Shown: one piece after another, positions 28,834 to 37,564 of the stretch | How the letters are laid out: each line of letters begins with the position of its first letter | Position numbering within the stretch: the first letter of the stretch is position 1 | DNA from: an uncultured Gemmatimonadota bacterium | GTDB taxonomy: Bacteria > SM23-81 > DAOVCL01 | Length of the DNA stretch: 57,515 nt | Reading direction: 5' to 3' | Assembly: GCA_964626665.1 (NCBI GenBank) | Contig: CAZVGK010000021.1 | Location: forward strand, 1 to 57,515 | Made by a program: the position numbers and the translations under genes | Notes under the pieces: generated by a model | Seen by the model: the letters and a program-made list of their open reading frames with translations, nothing else | Database searches by the model: none | Told to the model about the DNA's origin: nothing

Positions 28834-29585
28834 AAAATAGGGACACTTCCTATTTTTTAGCCATCCTTCCTGGGACGCCCTCGCGGCCTGACCATCAACT
28901 TCCTATCCAACGTCTGCTCCAGCTCCCTGACAAATCCCTCTTCCCCTAAGGGTCTCTCTGCCAAAGTTGCCTTCCTGATTGCTTCCAAATCTTCCCTCCC
29001 TGGTTCCCTCAGGTAATCCCTATACTTGCTCCGCTCAGATTCCTGCAGCCAATCGGAACACTTGAGAATATCCTCTTCCCCCAATAGATGAAACCTGGCG
29101 CTCGACCACCTGTAGTTCTCAGCATTTTCCACTAATCCCACCCGCAAAGGATTCCCTTCAATATACTTAGCCACAGCCCATAGATACCTCTCCTTATCCA
29201 CTACACAAGAGTAAAAGCGATTCTGCCACAGCCTTCCACTCCTTCCATACTTCCTGTTTATGTGCTGCGTATAGACAAGATTTGTCCCCCCTATACCACG
29301 GGCTAAAGAATCTTCCCTCCGGGGAACAACTAATAGATGAATGTGATTGTCCATCAAACAATAAGCCCATATCTCTATCCCATATTCCTCACTATAGTGC
29401 CCCAAGATCTTTAGATACACCCTCCGGTCCTCTTCATCGAAGAACACACGGGATCGATTGTTCCCCCTCTGGGTAATGTGATGGGGATATCCTACGGCTA
29501 CCACCCTGGCAATCCTTGGCATAACTAAATATTATAAGAACTCACTGACGGAATGTCAAGGGAAAATAGGAAGTGTCCCTATTTT
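28834..29585 (-). mobile_element. Full RAYT element 2 (752 bp)
   Basis: Near-identical to 25794-26545; hairpin sites at 28834 and 29563. Confidence 0.88.
28857..29522 (-). CDS. REP-associated tyrosine transposase (Y1 HUH), second copy
   Basis: 217/221 aa identical to copy 1. Confidence 0.93.
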   Translation of the reverse strand: MPRIARVVAVGYPHHITQRGNNRSRVFFDEEDRRVYLKILGHYSEEYGIEIWAYCLMDNHIHLLVVPRREDSLARGIGGTNLVYTQHINRKYGRSGRLWQNRFYSCVVDKERYLWAVAKYIEGNPLRVGLVENAENYRWSSARFHLLGEEDILKCSDWLQESERSKYRDYLREPGREDLEAIRKATLAERPLGEEGFVRELEQTLDRKLMVRPRGRPRKDG

Positions 29586-29605
29586 TTCTATTATTTTTTC
29601 CTAAT

Positions 29606-32600
29606 TCAACGCAGCATTAGCACCTTCCTCACTACGGAAAATCCACCTGCCCTCAATCTGTAAAAATAAACCCCGCTGGATATCTCCCTTCCAAGATTGT
29701 CTTTCCCACCCCAAAGGACCCGATAATAACCCGGCCCTTGCTCTTCATCCACCAGCGTCCTCACCAGCTCCCCCAGCACATTGTAGACCTTCAAACTAAC
29801 GTGGATCGTGCTCGTAGCCCGTGCTCGTGAACCCCCCACGGCGGACGATCGAGGGCTGACCCCTGATAGCTGATAGCTGATAGCTGTAGTTCCATTAAAC
29901 GGATTGGGGTAGTTCTGGGAGAGGCCAAATTCCTGGGGAAGATCGGAGGACAAACCCCGGTTATCTACCCCTTCCGGGGGCAAGATGGAAAAGAGGGAGT
30001 CGCTTTCATCCATCCCCACATTTCCTCCCCCATCATAAGCCACTACCTTGACAAGGCAGCTATCGGAAGTGAGACTATCGGTAATTTGCCAAATGAAGAG
30101 CGAATCATCGGACATGCTTTGAACAATCGTGTCTGGGTAGCTCCTTCCTCCATCATAGGAGAGGAAAATACTTAGGCTGTCAACCCCTATGTTATCATCT
30201 GCCCTGAACCTGACGGTATCCTCCTCCCCCACCCTCCACTTCTCACCTCCATTGGGAACTATAACCTCAACCTGTGGGGGAGTCCTATCCACCAAGCGGA
30301 AAAACCCCTGAGTCTCCCCCACCCCACTGTTACCCAGGAAGTCGTAGGCCACTATCTTCAATCGACAACTATCCGAAACAACATTGGGAACTTGCCATTG
30401 GTATGAGCTGTCACTCCCCTCAACCACGGCTATCGAGTCCCAACTCGCTTCTTCCCCAATTTTATAGAATATGTGAAGTGTCAGTATGTTGTTCTCATCT
30501 GTGGCGCTCCAGAGTATCTGGGTTTGGGCTCCACAACTCAGGCTGTCGCCTGCTGCAGGGGAGAGAATCGATACCTGCGGGCCCTTTCTGTCCACCAAGG
30601 TTGATCCCTCAGCGGCATCGGTGAGTGGTTCCACATTGCCGGCACTATCCTGAGCGATGGTCTGAAACCAATAGTAGCCATCTCCGCTATCGGGAGCAAA
30701 GATAAAGGTGCTTTCTACTCCAACCTCCCCGTAAAGTGTCCAGTCTCTCCCTTTTATTTTGTAGAATAGCTCTATCCGGTAAATGCCACTTGAGGGGGTA
30801 GAATCTGAGACTTCATAATGAACCGCAAAAAAGGAAGCATTAGAGGAATCGGGAACCTCGGTTACCCAGGATGTAGGCTTTACCCGATCCAGGAATATGC
30901 TATCACTTGCTACAGGGCTCAGGTTACCCGCATCATCCTTGACCTGGGCAAAAACCCACCTCCACCCATCTCCCAAAGAGTCGGAGAGAACAAATTGTAG
31001 GGAATCTCGCAGGGAAATCCACCCAGTAGAATTCATTGTAAAGGAGGAATCCTCGGCCAACCTCACCCAATCGGGGGAGCCAGCATAACTAAGGGCTGCA
31101 ACTATCGTATCCTTATTTGTGTATAGACCTACACCAGAAGACTGGTCTTTTAAACTTAGAAGGCAAAGCGGGACATCAGAGTCCACAAACACTGAATCCT
31201 CTGCTACAGAATCCCTCTTTTCCCAATTTCCAGCCGAATCCTGGGCAATAATCTCAAAAAGATAAAGCGTATCGCCGGTAGCATTGAAGGAAATCCTCTC
31301 GCCCGGAGAAAAGCTATCGTAAAGCTGCCAATTCCCATCCCCCTTCTTATAATAAAGCTCCACCCAAGCTACACCGCTTGCCGGAGGAGGATCGGAATAG
31401 GTATAGGGAATCTGGAAAGTAAGCTCATTGATAAAGTCAGGTAAACCTGAAGCCCTGGCCTGAGGGGTAACCTTATCTAAAAAAATGCCCTGACTCAAAA
31501 TAGAGCTTGTATTTCCTGCAGGGTCCCTTAGCTGGGCATAAACATTCCGCCAACCGTTATCACCCGGGGAGAGAATATAGGTAAGGTCTTCACCTAAATC
31601 AATCCATCCAGTCGAATCCACAGAGAAGAGGGAGTCCTCAGCCAATCTCACCTCACTGGGTGAACCGGAATAAGAAAGAAGCAAAGATAGTGTATCGCCA
31701 TTGGTAAAGAGATTCGAACCAGAACTAACATCTTTTAGGACTAAGCTTTCCAGAGCAGGAGCTGTAGCATCCACGGTTACCGAATCCTCAGCACAGAAAG
31801 TCTGCTCTTCGATATTCCCTGCCGAATCTTCAGCCACGATTTCAAAGAGATAAATTCCTTCTTCATCTGAATGGAAAGAGAAACTACTATCAGGACTCTC
31901 ACTTCCGTAACTGACCCAATTATCACCACCTACCTTATAGAAAAGCTCTAACCGAGCCACACCGCTACCTGGCAAAGAATCGGAATAGGTGTACGGAATC
32001 TGGAAGGAAGGTTCGTTGACATAATCCGGTAATCCTGAAACCTCAGAATGGGGAGAGGCCGTATCCACAAAAATACTGTCGCTTTTCACCTGACTTATTA
32101 TCCCCAGAAAATCTTTCAACTGGGCATAGACTTTTCTCCAGCCGTCTCCTGGAGTTAATGTATAGAAAACATCAGCAGCCAAATCTTGCCAACCGGTGGA
32201 GTTGAGGGAGAAAAGGGAATCCTGTGCCAGTCTCACCTCAATTGGAGAACCTAAATAGACCAGGCTAACTCTTAGCCCTCGCTCATTGGAAAAACGCTCA
32301 GAGTTCGAGTTTGTATCCCTTAAGGAAACTCCATCCATCCGCAAAACCGTATATGGAGGGGATTCCTCCGAGGAAGGTCCAATTATGTCCATAGTATCCA
32401 CCGCCGCCACCTTTACTCTATAGGTATATCCGGGAATCCCCTCTATGGAGGAGCAAGTGTCTGTTGTCGTTCCTGCCTCTATATAGTCTGAATCATTTAC
32501 GGATTTGTAAATAATATAATGATCAACAGGCGAATCCTGCTCAGGAGGGGACCAGCAAAAGCCGAGAGTTTGAGTTTGGGGATCCGCCAAGGCCGACTTT

Positions 32601-32662
32601 ACGCCAAAGGAGAAACCAAAGAGGAGGACAATAAAAAAACCAATGGCTTTATAGAGTTTCAT
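29606..32662 (-). CDS. Large secreted acidic protein: FN3, tandem Ig-like repeats, FlgD-Ig/QNYPNPFN C-terminal domain
   Basis: Signal peptide, three ~200-aa repeats (STGW..L..GDGWR.VYAQL.D.AGN), QNYPNPFN...SSGVYFYRL. Confidence 0.8.
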   Translation of the reverse strand: MKLYKAIGFFIVLLFGFSFGVKSALADPQTQTLGFCWSPPEQDSPVDHYIIYKSVNDSDYIEAGTTTDTCSSIEGIPGYTYRVKVAAVDTMDIIGPSSEESPPYTVLRMDGVSLRDTNSNSERFSNERGLRVSLVYLGSPIEVRLAQDSLFSLNSTGWQDLAADVFYTLTPGDGWRKVYAQLKDFLGIISQVKSDSIFVDTASPHSEVSGLPDYVNEPSFQIPYTYSDSLPGSGVARLELFYKVGGDNWVSYGSESPDSSFSFHSDEEGIYLFEIVAEDSAGNIEEQTFCAEDSVTVDATAPALESLVLKDVSSGSNLFTNGDTLSLLLSYSGSPSEVRLAEDSLFSVDSTGWIDLGEDLTYILSPGDNGWRNVYAQLRDPAGNTSSILSQGIFLDKVTPQARASGLPDFINELTFQIPYTYSDPPPASGVAWVELYYKKGDGNWQLYDSFSPGERISFNATGDTLYLFEIIAQDSAGNWEKRDSVAEDSVFVDSDVPLCLLSLKDQSSGVGLYTNKDTIVAALSYAGSPDWVRLAEDSSFTMNSTGWISLRDSLQFVLSDSLGDGWRWVFAQVKDDAGNLSPVASDSIFLDRVKPTSWVTEVPDSSNASFFAVHYEVSDSTPSSGIYRIELFYKIKGRDWTLYGEVGVESTFIFAPDSGDGYYWFQTIAQDSAGNVEPLTDAAEGSTLVDRKGPQVSILSPAAGDSLSCGAQTQILWSATDENNILTLHIFYKIGEEASWDSIAVVEGSDSSYQWQVPNVVSDSCRLKIVAYDFLGNSGVGETQGFFRLVDRTPPQVEVIVPNGGEKWRVGEEDTVRFRADDNIGVDSLSIFLSYDGGRSYPDTIVQSMSDDSLFIWQITDSLTSDSCLVKVVAYDGGGNVGMDESDSLFSILPPEGVDNRGLSSDLPQEFGLSQNYPNPFNGTTAISYQLSGVSPRSSAVGGSRARATSTIHVSLKVYNVLGELVRTLVDEEQGPGYYRVLWGGKDNLGREISSGVYFYRLRAGGFSVVRKVLMLR

Positions 32663-32729
32663 TTGATTTACCTCCAAAGTCCCACAAAATAGACGTTTAT
32701 GAAATCCGAATTGACACTTGCTTAGATTT

Positions 32730-32771
32730 AAAAAGGGACAAGACCAAGCCTATGAAAGGTCTTATCCCTTT
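32730..32771 (-). terminator. Probable intrinsic terminator
   Basis: AAAGGGATAAGACC...GGTCTTGTCCCTTTTT on the minus strand. Confidence 0.5.
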
Positions 32772-32830
32772 ATACGCCAAAGGAGAACAACTATATTTTA
32801 AACTTCTTTCCTCTACCAAATTCTCTCTTC

Positions 32831-33514
32831 TCATTTCAAAAATATCATTCTCCTCGTTCTAATGAACGAGCCACATCGGAGTTGATAATAATATACCCCA
32901 CCGGAAACCCCTCTCCCGAGGCTGTTCCTCCCATCCCAAATAACCCGATAGTAACCAGGAACCTGCTCCTCATCCACCAGAATTCTTACCTCTTGCCCCA
33001 AGATGTTGTAGATTTTTAAGCTGACCGCTGACCGCTGATCGCTGACCGCTGGTAACTGGTAGCGGATGGTAGTGGAAGGATTGAACGGATTGGGAAAATT
33101 CTGGTCAAGGGAAAGAGTCTTGGGGATTTTCTCATCCTGTGCCTCATCCACACCAGAACGGAGGATAGTATCGGGGGAAGCCTCAGACAACGCACCTTCA
33201 ATACCAAATGAGTTTACAGCAGAAACTTTAACTCTGTAAGTATGACCCATCGATCCCATAAAAAAATATGTAGTATCTGAAGTCGTTCCTATTGAGTCAT
33301 AATCCGAGGTATCAACAGAACGATATATCTTGTAATAAGAAACAGTGGAATCTAACTCCGGCGGTGACCAACCAAAGGTCAGCGTATCCACTTGTTGGGC
33401 ATAGGTAGAGTTAACACCAAAAAACAAGGGAAAGCAAATTGAAAGAACAGCAATTAGCAGAGAAAAAAGTAGAATGCAAGAGTTCTGCCTTTTGGTTTCT
33501 TTCATAATAACCAT
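32831..33514 (-). CDS. Secreted protein: FN3 plus FlgD-Ig/QNFPNPFN C-terminal domain
   Basis: Signal peptide; WSPP...Y.IYRS...TYRVKVSAV, homologous to the N-terminus of the 29606 protein; QNFPNPFN. Confidence 0.8.
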   Translation of the reverse strand: MVIMKETKRQNSCILLFSLLIAVLSICFPLFFGVNSTYAQQVDTLTFGWSPPELDSTVSYYKIYRSVDTSDYDSIGTTSDTTYFFMGSMGHTYRVKVSAVNSFGIEGALSEASPDTILRSGVDEAQDEKIPKTLSLDQNFPNPFNPSTTIRYQLPAVSDQRSAVSLKIYNILGQEVRILVDEEQVPGYYRVIWDGRNSLGRGVSGGVYYYQLRCGSFIRTRRMIFLK

Positions 33515-33557
33515 CCTCCTATGGGCTCTGATTCTTATTCAAGTTAAGGAAGTTTTC

Positions 33558-35462
33558 TTACCACCAGCGAGGTTGACCTGGCTGCCCAGGTCTCGTTATG
33601 AGAGAATCAGGATCCGAGACAGCTAAATTACCAGAGGCATCTCTGCTTTTCACTCTGTAGTAATATTTAGTTGAACTCCTCAACGAATAGAGGGTATCAC
33701 AGTGCGTAGTATCTAACACTGCATTTAAAGGAGTTTCCTTTATAGAATCTGGAAACATCCAATATATCACTTGAGAAGTTGAGTACTCATCTGTTTCCCA
33801 TTCTATGGTTGCACTTGAATCGGTTGTATCAGAACAAACTACATTTGAAATTACTGGAGGTACAGAATCTGGGCCAGTATACTCATAGACCCCCAAGTCC
33901 CAAGCCGAACCTGTAGGTCTGATATAGCCATCTTTGTCCCTCTCAAATTCACTGCCCAATGTATTTGCCGAATCTCTGCAAGGGGAATTCCCTTGTAGAT
34001 GAACATTAGTAGAATTGGCAAACTTCGGGTCTGCGTTAATGGGGTGCTGATCATCACCGTCTATGTAAGCCCCAAGACCATAATAACAATTTCTGTCACT
34101 TTTAAAATTACCAATGGTACCTTCAACATAGCCTGACGCATCATTATTCATCAGGATGATATTATTCTCAAAACGAGTGGTGTCGCTATTATTATAGACA
34201 TTCAAGGCATAAGCACGGCAACCAGATATTGTGTTATTATAAAACCAAGCTCGTCCATCAGCTTGATATAGTGCTTCAGACGAAGCACTTCTACCCCCAT
34301 CAAAAATAATATTGTTATAGACCTTTGCCAGAGCGGTTTGGTCGGTTCCATCCGAGGAAAGATCATAGACGCCAATACAGCGGCAACCGTCCCAATTTGT
34401 GGCGTGAATTTCATTATCGTGCACTGACGATAAATAGTTATATTCGCCTTCATCACATCGGAATCCCTCATAATTGATCATAATAAGAGGACCCCTATTA
34501 AAGTTATTGTCGAAAACATAATTCCACGCTATCTCTATCGTATCTGGGCAACCCTTTGCATATATGGCATGATCCATTTTGCTACCTGTGCGCCCACCAG
34601 TGACGACATTTCCCAAAACACGGGCATCATCGCAGCCTATTGCAATGATGCCACTCTGAGCTTCTACAGTCCTATTGAGCCCATCACAATAGTTCCCCAC
34701 TACACGCCATCCATCTCCAGGTTTATTATTAGTAATACACGGGCTATACGCCTTCAAATAAAACTTTGATATTGTAATCCAAGCACTTGTGTTGTCATCA
34801 CTATATCTTTTGAAATTCACCCTGGGGGGGTCAGGACCTGGGGCACTAAAACAGGCCCTCTCTCCAGGATAACCCACAAAAGCCACGGGTCGGCTTCTTG
34901 TCCCTGTTATCTCTGTTGCTTTCAAACAAAAATTAGCGGTCCAGCCAGTATAACCGTATTGCCCAGAGTATGTCCCTTTTCTGAAATAGCATACATCTCC
35001 AGTATCACCAGTAATATAAAAACTATGAGGAGAACTCCAGGGGTCGCCGTAGGTTCCACTTCCTTCTGCTGTCGCTGCCGAGTCTACAAAGAAAATGTTC
35101 CCATCTCTCACTGTAAAAGGCACTCCATTGCTGGTATCACTGCCTACTATAATCTTAATGTCCCCCGTTGCAGCATTGCTCCCTAATTGAAAGCAGACCA
35201 GGGAATCATACCACTGAGGGTAGTTATCTGCATCTCCTCCACCGATAATAACTTTGGATGTGCCTTGTGAGTCCCCAAATCGCTTGCCCCAGATAGTCAC
35301 AAAAGCCCCTTTGTTATCCTTGCCACCAATCTTGGGGCCAGAAGTGAGATCGGAGAAGAAGATGGTGGGGGCAGCCCTACAAGCACTGCATAAAATTGAA
35401 CTTGCGTTTAAAACAAAACCTAATATCACAAAACCGGCCGTCAACAACATTCGCCTTTTCAT
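33558..35462 (-). CDS. Secreted beta-helix (pectin-lyase-like) protein with IPT/TIG, choice-of-anchor-Q-like and FN3 segments
   Basis: VTIWGKRFG, GTYGDPW, YNN/FYNNT repeats, ADPKF...SPCRD...WDLGVYEY, FN3 YYYRVKSRD. Confidence 0.7.
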   Translation of the reverse strand: MKRRMLLTAGFVILGFVLNASSILCSACRAAPTIFFSDLTSGPKIGGKDNKGAFVTIWGKRFGDSQGTSKVIIGGGDADNYPQWYDSLVCFQLGSNAATGDIKIIVGSDTSNGVPFTVRDGNIFFVDSAATAEGSGTYGDPWSSPHSFYITGDTGDVCYFRKGTYSGQYGYTGWTANFCLKATEITGTRSRPVAFVGYPGERACFSAPGPDPPRVNFKRYSDDNTSAWITISKFYLKAYSPCITNNKPGDGWRVVGNYCDGLNRTVEAQSGIIAIGCDDARVLGNVVTGGRTGSKMDHAIYAKGCPDTIEIAWNYVFDNNFNRGPLIMINYEGFRCDEGEYNYLSSVHDNEIHATNWDGCRCIGVYDLSSDGTDQTALAKVYNNIIFDGGRSASSEALYQADGRAWFYNNTISGCRAYALNVYNNSDTTRFENNIILMNNDASGYVEGTIGNFKSDRNCYYGLGAYIDGDDQHPINADPKFANSTNVHLQGNSPCRDSANTLGSEFERDKDGYIRPTGSAWDLGVYEYTGPDSVPPVISNVVCSDTTDSSATIEWETDEYSTSQVIYWMFPDSIKETPLNAVLDTTHCDTLYSLRSSTKYYYRVKSRDASGNLAVSDPDSLITRPGQPGQPRWW

Positions 35463-35507
35463 TTCTTCATCCCCCCGTTTTTATTTAAAAGGCATTCTGA
35501 TTGTTAA

Positions 35508-35523
35508 AGCAACTTATGTGCCA
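35508..35523 (-). promoter_or_regulatory. Sigma54 (-24/-12) promoter
   Basis: TGGCAC-ATAAG-TTGCT about 45 bp upstream of the 35462 start. Confidence 0.7.
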
Positions 35524-35730
35524 CTCTTAAGTAGAAAAGTCGAGATGATCTAATGCTTTAAATATCTGCCACTTATCAATTTCTCAATAACAGCTTAAAG
35601 GCCAATATTCAATACCCACAAAGTCAGAATGTTGCAGCTTTGAGCAATCTGGTCAGGGTTAGGGCAATTAAAAGAGTTCAAACAGTCAAAACGGTTCAAG
35701 AGGATTTAACCTGAGCCAATTGTATCGGTA

Positions 35731-35945
35731 TCACTGAACAGCCACGTATTCAGCAAAGGTTAAAGACTTAGGAATAGGCAAGTTATCCTCCATTAACCCT
35801 TTCACATGCATTTCAACCGCCTTATGCATATTTTGCTCAGCCTCCTCCTGAGTTACACCCGTTGCTATACAGCCAGGCAAGTCAGGAGAATAAGCCGAAT
35901 AGTTCCCATCCGCCTTTTCAATGACAACCAGAAAACGAAACGATT
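35731..35945 (-). pseudogene. hicB: Orphan HicB; native start replaced by repeat DNA
   Basis: FRFLVVIEKADGNYSAYSPDLPGCIATG...; upstream is an ACGGAAT/CACAGAT repeat, no hicA. Confidence 0.7.
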
Positions 35946-36079
35946 CACCACGGAATCTCACGGAATTACACAGATGTCTTTTGTCAACGAATTCTTTACC
36001 CATCAAAGCCTCACTTTCGGCACAAATTCTTAGAAGGAACCAAAGATACAGGAACTATCTGTGGAGATCCGTGGTCCAT

Positions 36080-36718
36080 CTATGGTAGATACTGGGGGAG
36101 GATGGGGACAAGTCGGCTCATAAATTCCTTCAAGGTGGTAAGCGCTGAATCTATATTTTCATCCAAAATGGGAGTGGAAAACCTGACCATAGCCCCACTA
36201 TGCCTTTTAAACTTTACCTGATTCAACATCATCCTCTTCCGTAGCTTTAGGTAACTTGGGGTAATGAAATCCCCAGCTTCAAAGAAGTAGATAATCAACT
36301 TCTCGTTATTATCTCTGCGATAATGTAATACCTTTGCCTGGATGAGGCAAGGCTTTTCTCCCTGAATTTCTACGGTCTCTAACCTATCATCTATAATCGT
36401 GTAACCCACCCCTCCATAACAGGACTCTGGGTGATGAAAACCCACTCTGTTATCCGGATAATAGACTATGGAAAGCCAAACGATTTTGCCCTCCAGATTT
36501 TTATACTCCCGCATAATTACGGAATTGGTTCCCAAAAGATCAAATATCTCCTCATCAACCGCTATCTTCTTGCCAGACCAATTCCTTAAAGCAAAGGGAA
36601 TTTCATCCACTTTGGCCAAGTCCGAGTGAGAAGAGAAAGAAAAATTGAACAGAACATAGACGCTGGTCAATAATAAAAGAACCAGGACAATTAAGTATCT
36701 TGTCTTAAATTTTTCCAC
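36080..36718 (-). CDS. epsI: EpsI family exosortase-associated protein
   Basis: N-terminal TM, FHHPESCYGGVGY, GAMVRFS; coupled to the exosortase gene. Confidence 0.85.
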   Translation of the reverse strand: MEKFKTRYLIVLVLLLLTSVYVLFNFSFSSHSDLAKVDEIPFALRNWSGKKIAVDEEIFDLLGTNSVIMREYKNLEGKIVWLSIVYYPDNRVGFHHPESCYGGVGYTIIDDRLETVEIQGEKPCLIQAKVLHYRRDNNEKLIIYFFEAGDFITPSYLKLRKRMMLNQVKFKRHSGAMVRFSTPILDENIDSALTTLKEFMSRLVPILPQYLP

Positions 36719-37557
36719 TCTAACAACCTCCAGAAGAAAATTAAGAAACCCAATCCCAAGACAAATACAGCTATACCCGAGAAATCATGAAAAAAACCAC
36801 CCGGGGAGGCAGTTTTGCCTCCCCAAAAGTTAGCAGCTAAAGTAAGAGCTACGACACGGATCACATTAGAAAAAAGGGCAATAGGAATGGCTAAAAAGAA
36901 GATGAAGATCCTCCTCCCCAGGGATGCCTTTAACAGATAGGCAAAGATTGCTCCTAAAGCCATAAAGGAGATGAGGGACCTGAGACCACTGCAGGGATTG
37001 CCTATAAGCAAACTGGCATTTGACAGGTAAATATGAAATCCCTGCCTGAAGGCTGGGATGCCTATTTTACTGACTAAACCCACCGAAAACTTGGTCACAT
37101 ACATTTTTAAGGGGAAGGAAAAGGCATTAACGGCCTTAAGTGGCAAGGGGAGCATAAATATGAGAAAAAATAGAGGAAAAAGGATTTCTTTAGTAATTTC
37201 TTTCCCAAACAAGAAGAGGGAAAGACCAAAAACCAAGAAAAGGATGGAAAATCCAGAGGTGAAAAAGATATGAGTCCAAATACTCAAGATATGAAGCAAT
37301 AAGGCCCAAACTATAAGCACTAATCCCGAAATCGAATATCCTGGAGAAAGGACTCTTAACTTCTCTCTCTTTCTCCAGATAAAAAAAACCGTAACCAACG
37401 GAACTAAAAAACCGTGAGAATAGTAAGAATCTGCCTCCGTAAATCGTTCGTAGAGCCAAATAAAGGTTGAGTAGTAAGAAATGACAGCTAATACTACAGC
37501 AGGAAAAAGATATAGTGAAATTTTAACATTAATCTGTTTTTCTACTGAGTTACTCAT
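36691..37557 (-). CDS. Exosortase (EpsH family)
   Basis: YSHGFLVP, catalytic NPCSGLRS, NVIRV, FHDFSG; multiple TM helices. Confidence 0.92.
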   Translation of the reverse strand: MSNSVEKQINVKISLYLFPAVVLAVISYYSTFIWLYERFTEADSYYSHGFLVPLVTVFFIWRKREKLRVLSPGYSISGLVLIVWALLLHILSIWTHIFFTSGFSILFLVFGLSLFLFGKEITKEILFPLFFLIFMLPLPLKAVNAFSFPLKMYVTKFSVGLVSKIGIPAFRQGFHIYLSNASLLIGNPCSGLRSLISFMALGAIFAYLLKASLGRRIFIFFLAIPIALFSNVIRVVALTLAANFWGGKTASPGGFFHDFSGIAVFVLGLGFLIFFWRLLEWKNLRQDT

Positions 37558-37564
37558 TCCAAAT

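Noticed and set aside
23914-29585. 23-bp sites as CRISPR repeats or integron attC sites
   Set aside because: Spacing is irregular (200-1200 bp) with alternating orientation; no RYYYAAC/GTTRRRY boxes and no integrase in the window
32601-32787. 14-bp direct repeat ACGCCAAAGGAGAA
   Set aside because: Only two copies with no further structure; function cannot be supported
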